Shown in pieces: positions 11,353 to 24,252 of a stretch of DNA of 59,368 nucleotides. Below the pieces are notes generated by a model. The model made no database searches. It was not told where the DNA came from and was given only the letters and a program-made list of their open reading frames with translations. The translations under genes and the position numbers were made by a program. Every line of letters begins with the position of its first letter. The first letter of the stretch is position 1. Source of the DNA: Macrostomum lignano (Eukaryota); contig NIVC01002914.1 of NCBI GenBank assembly GCA_002269645.1, positions 1-59,368 on the forward strand. Direction: 5' to 3'.

Positions 11353-13516
11353 TAAGGAGTGTTGTGCGAAGTCGAGGTATTTAGACAGATTATTTCAGCA
11401 GGGGTAATCATGGCATTTAATTATAACAATAATTTATTGCGTACTTAAAGAGTTTACATTAATGCGTGTGAGTTGCGCATTGCTCTCTTTACCCCTTGCT
11501 GCTGTGCACTTGCATATGGTGAAAAATCCACCAAAGATGACAGCTTATCACGTTCAGTTGCAACAGTTTTATTTTTTGCATTAACCTAGCTGTGGTCAGC
11601 AGCGCTAGGAACTCTCAGAGGAAGGCTTTAAAAATATGTAAGAATTCATTTCCAACTTTGAACAAGCTTCTAAAGCCGACTAACTGACTTTTCTATTCCT
11701 TGTTGTTGACGACGTACATGTAGAGTCAGTAGGGGCGGATTTATAGCTGCAGGGGGGGGCTCCGGCCGCTGCGAGCCAGAATCCAGGCACGGTGCCCGGC
11801 GTGTCCGGGATCCCTCGTCCTCCCTGTAGATAAACAGATTACCCAACTCAACCTGCGCCAGATTTGGCCGAACTGTTCGGCCAAAAGGGGCGTCTCATGG
11901 CCTTGAATGAATATCAGGGCCGCACTGCTGCCTTCGTGATTTGGCCAGCACCCCCTGCTTTGATCCCATGCCAGTCGTGGGCAGCCAGCATGCAGTCGCA
12001 CCAGAAGCTTTGGCGGCACCCGACACACTTCCGGCCGGAGACACACGAAGTCGTCCGCTCCTTTGTCGGATGTGATCGAGACGGCTTTCTCTCTCTGTTT
12101 TTCCACTTTACGCCCGCGGAACTCCTGGAAGCGGGAAATGTCCAGCCACTTCGGTATTATCCTGAATGACAGCAGGGTATTCGGAGGGAAGGACACTGAA
12201 AGTTCCGGTGTGCTGCAAATGTCTATTGAGCCGCGGTACCAAAATGAAAACCATTAATGAGATCCTCAAAACTACATGTAACAGTCCCAACAGAGATATA
12301 CCGTACCCCACGAAGGAAATATTGGATAATCTTTCAAAGTATTTTATTTTAACACACGGACAACTTTTTTCGTGTCTGCACGAGATTAACATTTAAATAT
12401 TTTTTCATCGCCAGAAAAAGTCGTCATATACTACTTATGTACACAACACGGAGCGACATCTGAGCATGCTCGACAAAGCAGCAGAACGCATGTTGCAGAC
12501 AGAGCGTGAGCGAGCGAAGAGGTTAAGTGCAACAAGTAATTAACCAGGAGAGGTACACAGATAAACTGACTTTGGAAATAAACAGTATAGAAGGAATTAT
12601 TTTAAACAGGTTCCACACAACTGACCAAACCAATAAAAACTTTTCACTACTATTTTAGTAGTATACGTCAGCAAAGTTGTAACTAAAATAATTTTACTGA
12701 ATTTTTCAGAATTAAATGTTTCTATATGGTCTTATGGAGCAGTCCGGGATACAGACAAATGACAGTTTAACAATGGAGACTTCACGCTGACGTACAATTT
12801 ACTCAGGTAAAATCAGTAAAATTTCAATCAAAAGGTGGCACTAGAGTTAAAAGTATACACTGCAAATTTTTAAAATTCCAACAAAGCTTTCAATAATATT
12901 TAGCCACATCAAAGGATTAGGCGAGAAAACAAAGTGCAAGAATCACAATAATTGATTGGTAATTTTAACTATTGTGAAATTGAGTGAAATGCCATTGGTG
13001 CATCTGATTTTTGCAGCCAAGCGACTTAGTAGTTGGTAAGTGCCGCATGAGCAAATTGAGTCAGTATGTACTTTTATTTTAGAGAACAGAGTGCACGTGG
13101 CTTACTCGAGCAGCTAAAGCAGAAAGGACTGATCTGCACTCGAAAATCGTTCGAATTTATCTGCAAAAATGCTCCATTGACGGTGTCGGGTGTCTTCACC
13201 TTTCCGATTGAGCTGCCCGTGTAATACCTATCCAAAAGAAATTTGCAACCAAGGCAACAAACAAACAATAAACAGACAAAGTGGACAATAAAACGACTAG
13301 ATAACTAACCTACTCGTACTCAAGACCGGAATTCAACAGTGTGAGATACGATCCAGGGATTGAACACTGGGCTGGACGAAATATCGCGGAATTTTATTGT
13401 TTTGTTTTTATCGTCTCCGCTTTCGTAGAGCTAATTAAGATTGTTTTGTAGGCGCAGAATTATTTATGGCAGCTAATCTGCCATTTTTTGCTTATACTAG
13501 GAGTTGGATTCCATCA

Positions 13517-13665
13517 TCAGTGAATAACGCGGCACTGCGGCATGTTCATGCTTAGGAAGCCTCGCACCTGGCAGGTGGCGGCAGGGCAATTAGTTACCTC
13601 CAGATTGTGCAGCTGCTGTAGGCGAATCAAATTGCACAGGCCGTCGCCTGTCATTCTGCTCACGC
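13517..13665 (-). CDS. FBXL16: F-box/LRR-repeat protein 16-like, last exon
   Basis: Phase-1 CAG acceptor at 13668-13666. (G)VSRMTGDGLCNLIRLQQLHNLEVTNCPAAT...MPQCRVIH* aligns with the FBXL16 C-terminus (LEELELTNCPGAT...LPRCLVIE). Confidence 0.88.
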
Positions 13666-13704
13666 CTGTTGGAGCGGGGGAGCAACGTTGTGCAGGTGTT
13701 ACAT

Positions 13705-14270
13705 AAGATTTTGCAGCCACCTCACTCCCTTGCCCCAACCACCCCAACTTGTGCAGCCACCTCAATCCTTGCCCCAACCACCCCAACTTGTGCAGCTACC
13801 TCACTCCCTTGCCCCAACCACCCCAACTTGTGCAGCCACCTCAATCCTTGCCCCAACCACCCCAACTTGTGCAGCCACCTCAATCCTTGCCCCAACCACC
13901 CCAACTTGTGCAGCTACCTCTCTCCCTTGCCCCAACCACCCCAACTTGTGCAGCTACCTCAATCCTTGCCCCAACCACCCCAACTTGTGCAGCCACCTCA
14001 CTCCCTTGCCCCAACCACTCCAACTTGTGCAGCTACCTCAATCCTTGCCCCAACCACCCCAACTTGTGCAACTACCTCACTCCCTTGCCCCAACCCAACT
14101 TGTGCAGCCACCTCAATCCTTGCCCCAACCACCCCAACTTGTGCAGCTACCTCACTCCCTTGCCCCAACCACCCCAACTTGTGCAGCTACCTCACTCCCT
14201 TGCCCCAACCACCCCAACTTGTGCAGCTACCTCACTCCCTTGCCCCAACCACCCCAACTTGTGCAGCCAT
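13705..14270. repeat. 39/40-bp minisatellite in FBXL16 intron 2
   Basis: Units GCCCCAACCACCCCAACTTGTGCAGC(C/T)ACCTCA(ATCCTT/CTCCCTT), about 14 copies. Confidence 0.95.
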
Positions 14271-14348
14271 CCCTGTTTCATGTGTAGTTAAACACAAGCT
14301 CACTGTAGATCTCTTGCTTAAACTCCCAGAAAACAGAATTTCACTCAC

Positions 14349-14497
14349 CAGCAATAGATAGAAAGCTAAGCGTCCGAATGTTCAGAATATGTCGTAGGGA
14401 AGTGTCGCTGAGCGAGGAACACCAGCGCAGGCACAGTACGCGCAGCCTCGGCATTGTAGACAAGTATCCAACTCCGATATCTGATATGGTTGTGCAC
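14349..14497 (-). CDS. FBXL16: F-box/LRR-repeat protein 16-like, exon 2
   Basis: CAG acceptor (phase 2) and GTGAGT donor (phase 1). CTTISDIGVGYLSTMPRLRVLCLRWC matches FBXL16 [23 protein letters not shown]. Confidence 0.9.
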
Positions 14498-15268
14498 CTG
14501 TGGGCAGGATAGAAATTTATACATTTTCGACTGTTGGCAATCATTTGAATTATTGTAGCAAGCGCGTTGTGCGCGGGCGGATCCCGGAGAGTCAGGGGCA
14601 ATTTCGGCGACACGAACTGTACCGAATTTCTGACACGCTGCTTCATTGGTACAGAAAGAATCAGGACGACGTGGCGTTGAAAAATCATAAACCAGAATTC
14701 GGCGCCAAAATCTATAGCCATAAATTAAAGCTAGGCGATTCTCCCAGCTTCCTTATCTCGATCAGGGGCAGACCTGCACCTCCGAAGCTTTCAGTAGCAG
14801 CCCTGTTTTGACGATGTCATGCGGGAACTTCGTGGGAGTTACAAATTTCGAACCAAACCCTGGGATTGTACCGTATGCTTATATGGAACTTTAAAATGCG
14901 GGTTTGCAGCAAAATCTATAGAGATTCTGCGAGTATATAATGCAGAGATAATCAAAACAATATTTTGATTTAACTGTTTGCTTTGAATTTAACTTTTCAT
15001 GTAAAATTTGTGTGAACTGACCTTTACATGTAGTTTGGTGGAGTTGAGAGCCTTGAGATTATTTATTGATTTTCTCTCATCTATTTGGTCACCATGCATA
15101 GCCTATACCTCACCATAATCTAAAGAAATTGCTATCAAACTGGAACAATGCAATTGGATCCGGGAAGAAAGACTGCCATGCGACAGCTTACTGCCGAATG
15201 AACTGATTTGACTGCTTAAAATGTCTATCCGGCATCGATTTGACGTGACGTGTGTTCTTCACTTATGA

Positions 15269-15955
15269 CAGAGGTCGGCAAACTCCGACCCGTGTGGCCC
15301 TGCGGACCGCGAAGCCTCTCTATCCGGCCCTCGGGTCCTTTGAAGCTTCACCATGGCAATGCGGCCCGCTCAGGGTTTGTGTCTCTGCTCAGCTCTCTTC
15401 TGTCACCTCTCTGTTCTCCTCTCCTCTCCTCTCCTCTCCTCTCCTCTCCTCTCCTCTCTCTCCTCTCCTCTCCCTCCTCTCCTCTCCTCTCCTCTCCTCT
15501 CCTCTCCTCTCCTCTCCTCTCCTCTCCTCTCCTCTCCTCTCCTCTCCCCTCCTCTCCTCTCCTCTCCTCTCCTCTCCTCTCCACTCCTCTCCTCTCCTCT
15601 CCTCTCCTCTCCTCTCCTCTCCTCTCCTCTCCTCTCCTCTCCTCTCCTCTCCTCTCCTCTCCGCTCCTCTCCTCTCCTCTCCTCTCCTCTCCCCTCTCCT
15701 CTTCTCTCCTCTCTCCCCCCTCTCATCTCCCATCTCCCTCTCATCCTCTCCCTTCTATCCTCTCTCCTCTCCTTCTCTCCTCTCCTCTCCTCTTCTCTCC
15801 TCTGCTTCTCTTCTCTCCTCTCGTCTCCTTTATTCACTCTCCTCCTTTCTCCTATTTCTCTTCGTAATTTCCTCTTCTTTGTCCCTTCCTCAGGCCTGCA
15901 GTATTGCGCTAGGTTCTCTATCTGCCCCTTGAGATGAAAAGTTTGCGGACCCCTG
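15269..15955. mobile_element. hAT (Charlie-like) MITE carrying an internal (CTCCT)n array, in FBXL16 intron 1
   Basis: TIR CAGAGGTCGGCAAACT / AGTTTGCGGACCCCTG and TSD ACTTATGA vs ATTTATGA (7/8 match). (CTCCT)n occupies about 15400-15860. Confidence 0.85.
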
Positions 15956-15968
15956 ATTTATGACCTAC

Positions 15969-17224
15969 CTGTCGAGTTGCAGCCTCTCCAACAGGCCCAG
16001 ATCGCAGGCAATGCACTCTAGCGACACGTCCGTAAGCTTCTGACACCAGCTGAGATCCAGAGAGCGCAGCTGTTTCATGTGCTCAGTAATGCAGTCAACA
16101 GCATCGTCGGTGATCTTTGAGCAGCCGCTGAGTGACAGCTCCTGCAGGTGAGGCATGCTGCTAGCCAAATTAAGCACGCCCTGGTTAGTCAGCTCCCAGC
16201 AGCTGTTAAGCGTCAGCTTCGCAATAGCGGCTGCCTGCTTGCTGCTAAACAGAGTCATGGCATTGTCAGTCACATGGTAGCCCTGCAGCTCAAGGCAGGT
16301 CAGATTCGGCAACAGCTGAGTGATCGCTGCTACGCTTTCGTCCGACACGTTGATGCAATCGGTGACCGTGAGGTTGGTCAGCTTGGGCGACAGCGACGAC
16401 CACAGGCCGACCTCAGACAGATCGTTGCAGCCGACCAAGCAGAGGGAGGTCAGATTAGAAAACGAATCAATCAGAGTCTCCAGTCCCTTGTCGGTGATGG
16501 TGCAATTGTGCAAAGACAGCTCGGCAACTCGCTTCTCAACACTGGCAATCTGAATTAGAAAGGTGCTCAAACAGTCGTCCGAGAAATTGACCAACTTCAC
16601 AGAGTCGATGCAGCGCTGCGCGAGGCTGTCGCAGCATCGGCTGAGCAGCGGGACGTCCTCCTTCAACTGTCGGATCGGCAGGCAGAGGCGGAGCTCGCGC
16701 CAGAAAGGCAGGTCGTAGAGAACATCGCGCCATACTGAGCACACTGAGCAAACACGGCTGGCCTCGTAGGGGCTTAGGTAGCGGGCGATGAGTCTAACGA
16801 ACCAAGCGGCGTGGAGCAGCTCTCCGGCTGGTATTGGCGGCCCCTTGGTGGCCAGCTTGGCCCGCATGTAGTCCCGGTAGCGAGTCCGGCGTCGCCTTGG
16901 CGTCAAGTCGATCTTCAGGCCCTGATTGAACAGGCGCTGCTTGATGGCGGCCACTGTTGCACCGCCGCCGCTGCTGCCGCCTCCGCTGCTGCTGCTGCTA
17001 TTGCCCGAGCGAGATATCAGAGGACTACCAGGAGTTCCTGACTGGCCATTCAGCTTGCCATCTGACGACTGATGAGTCTGTTGCTGTTGCTGCTGCTGCT
17101 GCTGCTGCTGCTGTTCAGTTGAATTGTTGGCGCTGGTGGCGCTTTTGCTGCTACCACTGATGCGCAGATTGCGGATGTTGTGCGAGAAGTCCACGCAGGC
17201 GCGTGCAAACGAGGCCATGTCCAT
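15969..17224 (-). CDS. FBXL16: F-box/LRR-repeat protein 16-like, exon 1 (poly-Q/S/G N-terminus, F-box, cysteine-containing LRRs)
   Basis: F-box-like RYLSPYEASRVCSVCSVWRDVLY, then LRRs (GCNDLSEVGLWSSL, DCINVSDESVAAITQLLPNL, SGCSKITDD, LDLSWCQKLTDVSLECIACDL) typical of FBXL16. GTAGGT donor at 15968. Confidence 0.93.
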
Positions 17225-18979
17225 GGTTGAATTCTCGACTTCTTTTGTCGGGGAATTTTTAAGAAAACTTTACTACGCAAGCTGACTCTGACTGAGAACT
17301 GAGAACTGAGAACCAGCTAACTCGGTAGAGAAGGCGATATTGTTCAGTAATGCTAGCGCAGAAGCAGAAGACGGGAGCAGCCTACAAGGCTGTAAGGTGA
17401 GGGTTGGATAGACAGAGGCGGGCAAAAAAGGAAGGGGTGAGAAAGTTAGACTAGAAAAAAGAAGCTCTGCGGTGGGCTGCTGGGCTAAGGAGGGCAGCAT
17501 AGATGGCGGGATGAAGCGGCTTGAGTGAGTCGACTTAGCAAGAGAGTGCGGCGCTGGCAATGATGAAGGGATGCTGGGCCTGGGGTGGGGGCTGAGCTCT
17601 GCTGAGGAGCAGGGAAGAGCGAGAAAGAGGAAGGGAGAGACACGCTGACCAAACCAGACTTAGGCCTTTTGTGGAGGCTGTTAGAGTGTGGCTTTGGCGA
17701 TGACGGAGGCTGCAGGATGAGTGTGGGCGTTGGGGAGAGGGGGTTGACGCCATATATGCGTATCTCAGGTCTCCCCCTCTCCCTTCGAACCCTCCAACCC
17801 TTCCGTTCAATCCGAGATTTCCTAACCCGAGATGCAGTGAAAACGGACGGAGGGGCTGCCCGACTGACTAAGGGGGAGGCTGGACCTCCCATTCCCTGCC
17901 TGTCCCTCTCAGTCGGGTTGGGCGACTAAAAATGGATATTTTATAGAATGCGCCGACTAAGGCCTTGTGTTGTTGAGCTACGAAGAAGGAGAGGGAGGAG
18001 AGGAGAGAGAGAGAGAAGGAATGCTTTTCTATCCTCTATCGCATTCGTCAGTACACTAGAAAAAATAGACAGCATTGGGAGGGACATGCAGCGCAGATAA
18101 ATACAGGAGAGGCGACTAATACCAGGATTAGGGAGCGAGAGAGAAGGGGAAGAGGGGATGAGGGGAAGAGCAATAGGGAAGGCGAAGGACACTGTACAGT
18201 GGGGAAACCTACTTTAGCGCAGATAGATGTTCCAGCTCCGCAATCTTTTCCTTCCCTTTCTGTGTTCTCTCCCTCACACACACAGCTGCCTCGCAGTGCT
18301 ACCACATGTATTAAGCATATAATATAGCTAGGACCAACCTCAGCAGGTTAACAAGGTCGGCAGGTGGGCAGGAGTAGGCAAGGCAAATGTCTTTTTGTGT
18401 CCACAGCCTTCAACCACCAGTGCGGGCCGTGCACAAAAAAAAAACCTACAGCAGAAGGCCGGACGTGCCCTCTGGCATCGGGGTGGCTGGCAGACTGAAG
18501 TCACGGCATGCGGGGGAAGAGAGGGAAGAGAAACAGGCCGAGACAAGCGTGGACAAAAAATAGTAATAGGCGACAGAGACCGATTGAGGGGCTTAAGCCA
18601 GTTGGGAGACAGAATCGGGTTAATGAAGGCTGAGAAAGTTTTTCAACTGCAAAGAACCAACTCTTTAGTAGATTTAGTACAGGCTAGAATTTTCTCAAGT
18701 TTAGTAATTTTTCCATTAAGAGAATATGCAAATTAATAATGTATTCAACATTTATCGCACGATCTCCAGTCTTTTGATGAAACTGCTTTCAACTTTTTTC
18801 GTCTCAGTCTAGTTCGCCTAAGTTAGTCTCTGTCCGAAGTAATTTGCATGAAATTGATCTTGTGTTGAGAGATATGACATGCAAATGTGTATGTGTATCT
18901 GAGGTCTTAAAGATCCATTGTTCGAAGTTGAGTCATGCGAAGGACATGAAAACATCATAAAAACATCATGGGAACGGAG

Positions 18980-19540
18980 AGCAGAGGAGAGGAGGAGATA
19001 AAGGAGAGAAGAGGATAGAAGATGAGAGGAGAGGAGAGGATAGGATAGGAGAGGAGAGGAGAGGAGAGGAGAGGAGAGGAGAGGAGAGGAGAGGAGAGGA
19101 GAGGAGAGGAGAGGAGAGTAGAGGAGAGGAGAGGAGAGGAGAGGAGAGGATAGGATAGGAGAGGAGAGGAGAGGAGAGGAGAGGAGAGGAGAGGAGAGGA
19201 TAGGATAGGAGAGGAGAGGAGAGGAGAGGAGAGGAGAGGAGAGGAGAGGAGAGGAGAGGATAGGATAGGAGAGGAGAGGAGAGGAGAGGAGAGGAGAGGA
19301 GAGGAGAGGAGAGGAGAGGAGAGGAGAGGAGAGGAGAGGAGAGGAGAGGAGAGGAGAGGAGAGGAGAGGAGAGGAGAGGAGAGGAGAGGAGAGGAGAGAG
19401 GAGAGGAGAGGAGAGGAGAGGAGAGGAGAGGAGAGGAGAGGAGAGGAGAGGAGAGGAGAGGAGAGGAGAGGAGAGGAGAGGAGAGGAGAGGAGACTACAG
19501 GAGAGAAAATTAGAGGACAGGAGAGGAGAGGAGAGAGAAG
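18980..19540. repeat. (GGAGA)n microsatellite with GGATA variants
   Basis: Directly visible. Confidence 0.97.
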
Positions 19541-20578
19541 GAAATCTATTCTAGAAGAGCGAATAGAGCGGAATGCATTGAATTATGAGAGTGTGTTGGA
19601 CCACATCAGGGTAGCGTTGGGATGAGCCTGAGCTCAAAGACCTGACGTCTCAGTAGCAAGAACAAACTAGAAAATGCACTCAGCGCATGCTTACAAAGAT
19701 AATTGTTATCATTACGAGTCACCCCATTGCCGAAACACGAGCGTATTGCCCTCAATGCTATCATTTCCGACAGAGATGGACCATAAAAAAACGAACGAAC
19801 TCAGCTACAGGTTGGCCAGCATGACTACTAGCTGATAATTAACTCGTAATGGGCAGTACGTTTTATGAGCTGGCTAGTTTTCTTTTACCACATCCGACAC
19901 TGCACCAAAATTACTCTCTTAGGAGGACGACAGATCGGATAGACTAAAGATACTCACTGCAGCCAGACAGAGAGACAAAGGCAAAAGTAGGAAGGAAGCA
20001 GACTTGTTCAATAGAAACTTCACAGGTTTTTAAACTTAGACTATATAGAGAAATTCAATAGCTGGTGTTATCTATAGAGAGCTTCTCGTTAGCTGCGAAA
20101 TCTTTGATCGATATACTCGTAGCTACTATCCTTAGATGACCTTCTTACCAACAAAGTACAGTGTATCATGTCATGGTCGAAATTCGGAAACGCACTTCTT
20201 GAACGTGTTCTACGTTGCATAGCTCTAGACTTAAATCTTGATTTTTAACACCAGTTAAAATGTTTATCGTCATGTTTAGGTCGAAACGACACTAACTCCT
20301 CTACTTAGTTAGTTAGTGCTACTTTAGTTAGTAGAATATCCAGATTATTTATATGATTATTAACATAAAAAGTGACAAAATTGGATTAGCACGTGACATT
20401 ACTGCAGGTCTAAACAGTTTTGTTATTTTTGTCATATGCATTTCGGTTGATTTACTCCAAATTTTGGGAAACAAAAAATAAAATTTAATTAAGCCTGTAA
20501 CCGCGTTTTTCAGCAAGATTCTTTTTGTTTTTGTTGTTAAAAAGCCGCTGCAGAATTCACGTGTTCTGCTTAACTATT

Positions 20579-21474
20579 AATTAAACAAATTGAATTTGCT
20601 GGCCTACTCTCGTAGGAGCGAAGCTCAGATTGAAAATCCCTTTCTGGGACAAACAAATGAACTGTATATGCTACATACAAAAATTATTCTATTTAATTAA
20701 ATTTTTCAATTAGAATGAATCGTGGAAAATGTGGAAATTCCAAACGTCTCATATATTGATAAAATACACTTTTATTCTAAATTGTCAATCGATATGGCCA
20801 AATGAATCTGTGAATGAAGCAACATAAAAAAGGATAAAAACACATGCATTATGCATGTAGCTAATTGAATTTTTAACTCAACTCAAGAGAGCGCCATCAA
20901 TGTGAGAACGTATTTGATTGCGAATCATTAATAGTGACCAATAACTGATGGCTATATTATCATTTCGACACTGCAGTAACTATAAGAGCAGATATTATTT
21001 TGTACTTTACATCCAAACCAGAGGTAAAAGCATCAGCAAAGCATCCCCAGGATAAAAACTTTTTGGGGCAGACAAGCAAGTAAAATTAGCAGAATTAATT
21101 ACGTTTTACCTGTAAAACTTCTTAACCTATTATTATCATCTATTATCTCTGAGTGTTACAACTTTCACTCTCTATGCAGTATATTAACACATTCTCGGAA
21201 TTTGCTGCAGCAGCACTTGTTGTTGCATTTCCATAGTAAATGTTTGGTAGCAAACACTCGGTTCGCAAGTGGCTACGCTCTCCCTCTACACACATGCCGA
21301 CTAAAAACGCCCTCTATAAAGCCCTAAACAAATTAAACAAATTGAAGTTGCTGGCCTACTCTCGTAGGAGCGAAGCTCAGATTGAAAATCCCTTTCTGGG
21401 ACAAACAAATGAACTGTATATGCCACATACAAAAATCATTTTATTTAATTAAATTTTTCAATTAGAATGAATCG
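20579..21474. repeat. A-B-A repeat structure: ~144-bp direct repeats flanking a ~600-bp dispersed repeat
   Basis: 20579-20722 recurs at 21331-21474. The middle part, 20738-21325, recurs at 40703-41284. Confidence 0.85.
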
Positions 21475-22243
21475 CTGTTATTAAAAAAAACTGCCGGGTT
21501 TTACACAAAAATAGATTAACAAATCGCAAGAAGAATTTTTAATGGCTTGTCGCAGATTTTAATCATGTAAAGATGGCCGTTTTAATTCGCTCGTTTACAT
21601 CCAAATGCAATTCAGAAATCGGGAGGGCCTCATCAAAATGTTTGTTTTCTCCATCGAATGAGCGATGTGTAAAGAAGAGATTTCCAGGTCCAACAGTGGG
21701 AATGCGTCAGGGAGACCGCGGTTTCCAAAAGCCGCGACAGATCCTTCAAGCATTGGAAGCATTCAAAGTACACCTTTTTGCGCTCGATTTTGTGAAATCT
21801 GCGTTAAATTTGGTGCGAATTCGCCCAAATAGAACGCAGCTTAGACCAAATTGGTTGCTGGTTTTCTGCGCATGTCTATGGCAAACCATGTCTTTCGGCT
21901 TGGCTCGAATTGTCGCTGCGTGTGTCGTACCAAATTGAACGCAGTTAACACCAGACATAGATGAAGGAATAGAAAGGATCGCTCATCTAAAAGCGATGAC
22001 GCCATTGCGTTCATCCATGACACCAGATAGAACGCAAAAGGTATATAACTGTAATTACTTGTAGTGCGAGGGTTAAGTTGTGCAGTGTATGATCTACACG
22101 TATGTCTCAGATATTAGTAATGTAGTGCCGTGTTCTAAAAGCTGAGCTACAACCAGAAGATGTATAAGCGAGTGAAAATACAGATTGAGACTACGTTAGC
22201 AGTTCATGCTAAAACGTAAGAAGAAAGCTAACAATGACGATGC

Positions 22244-23012
22244 ATGAGGCAATTTCCTCGCTGGACCCACTAGAAGATGGTGAAGATCCGAAAGGTACAT
22301 GTACGTGGGTTCAAAGATTCAAAGTGCATGCACTGCAAACTTTACTACTTTAAGTAGGAAAAGCAGAAAGACGCATTTCTGGCGCTTATTGGCAAGCGAA
22401 TGTTCAGCCCATCCAGACGATATCGATATTGAGAAGTAGTCTTATACAATTACCTGAAGACCTTGCTGAGTGAAGAGCCAAAATAACATAAATCTGTAAT
22501 CGCCTACCGATACGAGTTTCACAGCATGAGGCAGGAGCCCAACGAGGATTCGCACTTTGTCGTACAATCATAGACTGAAGCAACTGGCCGACGACTGCCA
22601 GTTCAACGACATCGTCAAGGACCGTCTTCGTGACCAGTTTATATTTGGACTTTCGAACAAAGATATCCTACGCAAGCTATTGGCCGAGAAACTCGATCGC
22701 GGAACTAACTTGGGGCAAAGGTTACCGCTGTTGCATCAGCGTGCGAATCTGTGTGCAAAAGAGGTGGGAAAGACATGGCGGACTCAGGCGTATTACAGAT
22801 GCGCCAGTCGATCAGGGGTAAATCGACCCCGTTACCAGAATTCGGCAATTGAGAGCAGCCTGAAAAGGCCTCCCGTTGAGGGAAAACAGATATCTTGCTT
22901 CTGCTGTGGAAAGCAAAGACATGTGAAGAGTGAATTTCGACTGCACAAGCTGCTCAAGTTTGAATATTGCGGAAAAGTGAGACATCTCAAAGCCCTCTGT
23001 AAAACACTATAA
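22244..23012 (+). mobile_element. Degenerate Ty3/Gypsy-type LTR retrotransposon gag remnant
   Basis: RLKQLADDCQFNDIVKDRLRDQFIFGL is the conserved gag motif, followed by two decayed CCHC knuckles (CFCCGKQRHVKSE, YCGKVRHLKALC). A possible LTR lies at about 22050-22233. No pol is present. Confidence 0.7.
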
Positions 23013-23107
23013 CCTCGCACTCTACTTTTCATATGCGTATGCATGAAGCTTTAACGGTGAATTTGATTGTCTTGTAAAAGTAGGAATGACTATTTTTGTG
23101 CATCGAT

Positions 23108-23870
23108 CAGGGGTGTACAGGGGGAACATGCCCCCCCCCCCCAAGTAAAAGCTATGGGGGACATGCCATTGTTTTGTCCCCCGGCCCCCCACCCCACCTT
23201 GTGACCCATTATGGAAATCAATAATTTTGCTTCAGGGCGACAAAATATAGCGCCTGCGGCACCAAAATGACTGCCTGCGGCGCCAAAATGAGTGCCTGCG
23301 GCGCTAAAATGAGTGCCTGCGGCACCAAAATGAGTGCCTGCGGCGCTAAAATGACTGCCTGTGGCGCTAAAATGAGTGCCTGCGGCACCAAAATGAGTGC
23401 CTGCGGCGCTAAAATGAGTGCCTGCGGTGCCAAAAGTAATACCTGTGGCGGCGCCAAAAGTAATGCCAGCGGCGCCAAAATGAGTGACTGCGGCACCAAA
23501 ATGACTGCCTGCGGCACCAAAATGAGTGCCTGCGGCACCAAAATGAGTGCCTGCGGCGCTAAAATGAGTGCCTGCGGCACCAAAATGAGTGCCTGCGGCA
23601 CCAAAATGAGTGCCTGCGGCGCTAAAATGAGTGCCTGCGGCGCTAAAATGAGTGCCTGCGGCGCTAAAATGAGTGCCTGCGGCGTCAAAATGAGTGTCTG
23701 CGGCGCCAAAATGAATGCCTGCGGCGCCAAAATGACTGCCGGCCGCGCTAAAATGAGCGCTGTCAACACCGATTCTGAAAATTATGTACATTTAGGAATT
23801 TAGTCATTTACATGTGCATGTAGAACTCTTGGCTTTGTCCCCCCACCATAAATCCATGGCGACGCCCCTG
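23108..23870. mobile_element. hAT-type MITE with an internal 21-bp minisatellite (expanded copy)
   Basis: Termini CAGGGGTGT... / ...GGCGACGCCCCTG and TSD GCATCGAT vs GCATCTAT (7/8 match). About 24 units of GGCACCAAAATGAGTGCCTGC. Homologous to 39475-39845. Confidence 0.85.
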
Positions 23871-24252
23871 GCATCTATCATGCATCACTTTGAAGATCAG
23901 GTCATCATAGCCAATTTACACGGTTTTGCGAGTCTGTAGAATCTGCACAAAAGTTTTGATAATCGCGGAATAGCAAAACCAGAATTTCGTGCAGACTGCA
24001 TGACATTCATTTCCCTTGTTCGCTGGAACAGACCAACAGAAACTAATTGAAATGGGTGTCAGCTGTGCGTTTCGCGGGACACTCAGTCTGTTTTATCATA
24101 TCTCGCCGCCTGTTACCAGCTGACCAATCAAACAGCTTCATCACAATCGTCTTGAGATTCTAGGTAGCCAGCTGTATATTAAAACGCGTCCATCACTCTT
24201 CGCTAGAAAATGAGCTGTAAGGAAACACAGATAAACCTTGACTATTGTTTTA

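Noticed and set aside
11730-12400. GC-rich ORF cluster next to an AGGGGCGGATTTA hAT-like terminus as a transposase fragment
   Set aside because: No matching second TIR or TSD and no convincing transposase motif were found by eye.
15250-15937. SSPLL / ERRGE repeat ORFs (also 31452-32306), plus SVCL, RQTD, GETGRDRERQ and HSFI ORFs elsewhere
   Set aside because: All are translations of simple-sequence repeats lacking stop codons.
21573-22023. Short ORFs upstream of the gag remnant as a Harbinger transposase or pol fragment
   Set aside because: Coding-like composition but no diagnostic motif, and multiple stops.
23090-23803. Long AAGTHFG / MSACGAK repeat ORFs as antifreeze-, silk- or ice-nucleation-like proteins
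   Set aside because: A 21-bp unit keeps several frames open on both strands, and the array lies inside a MITE with TIRs and a TSD.
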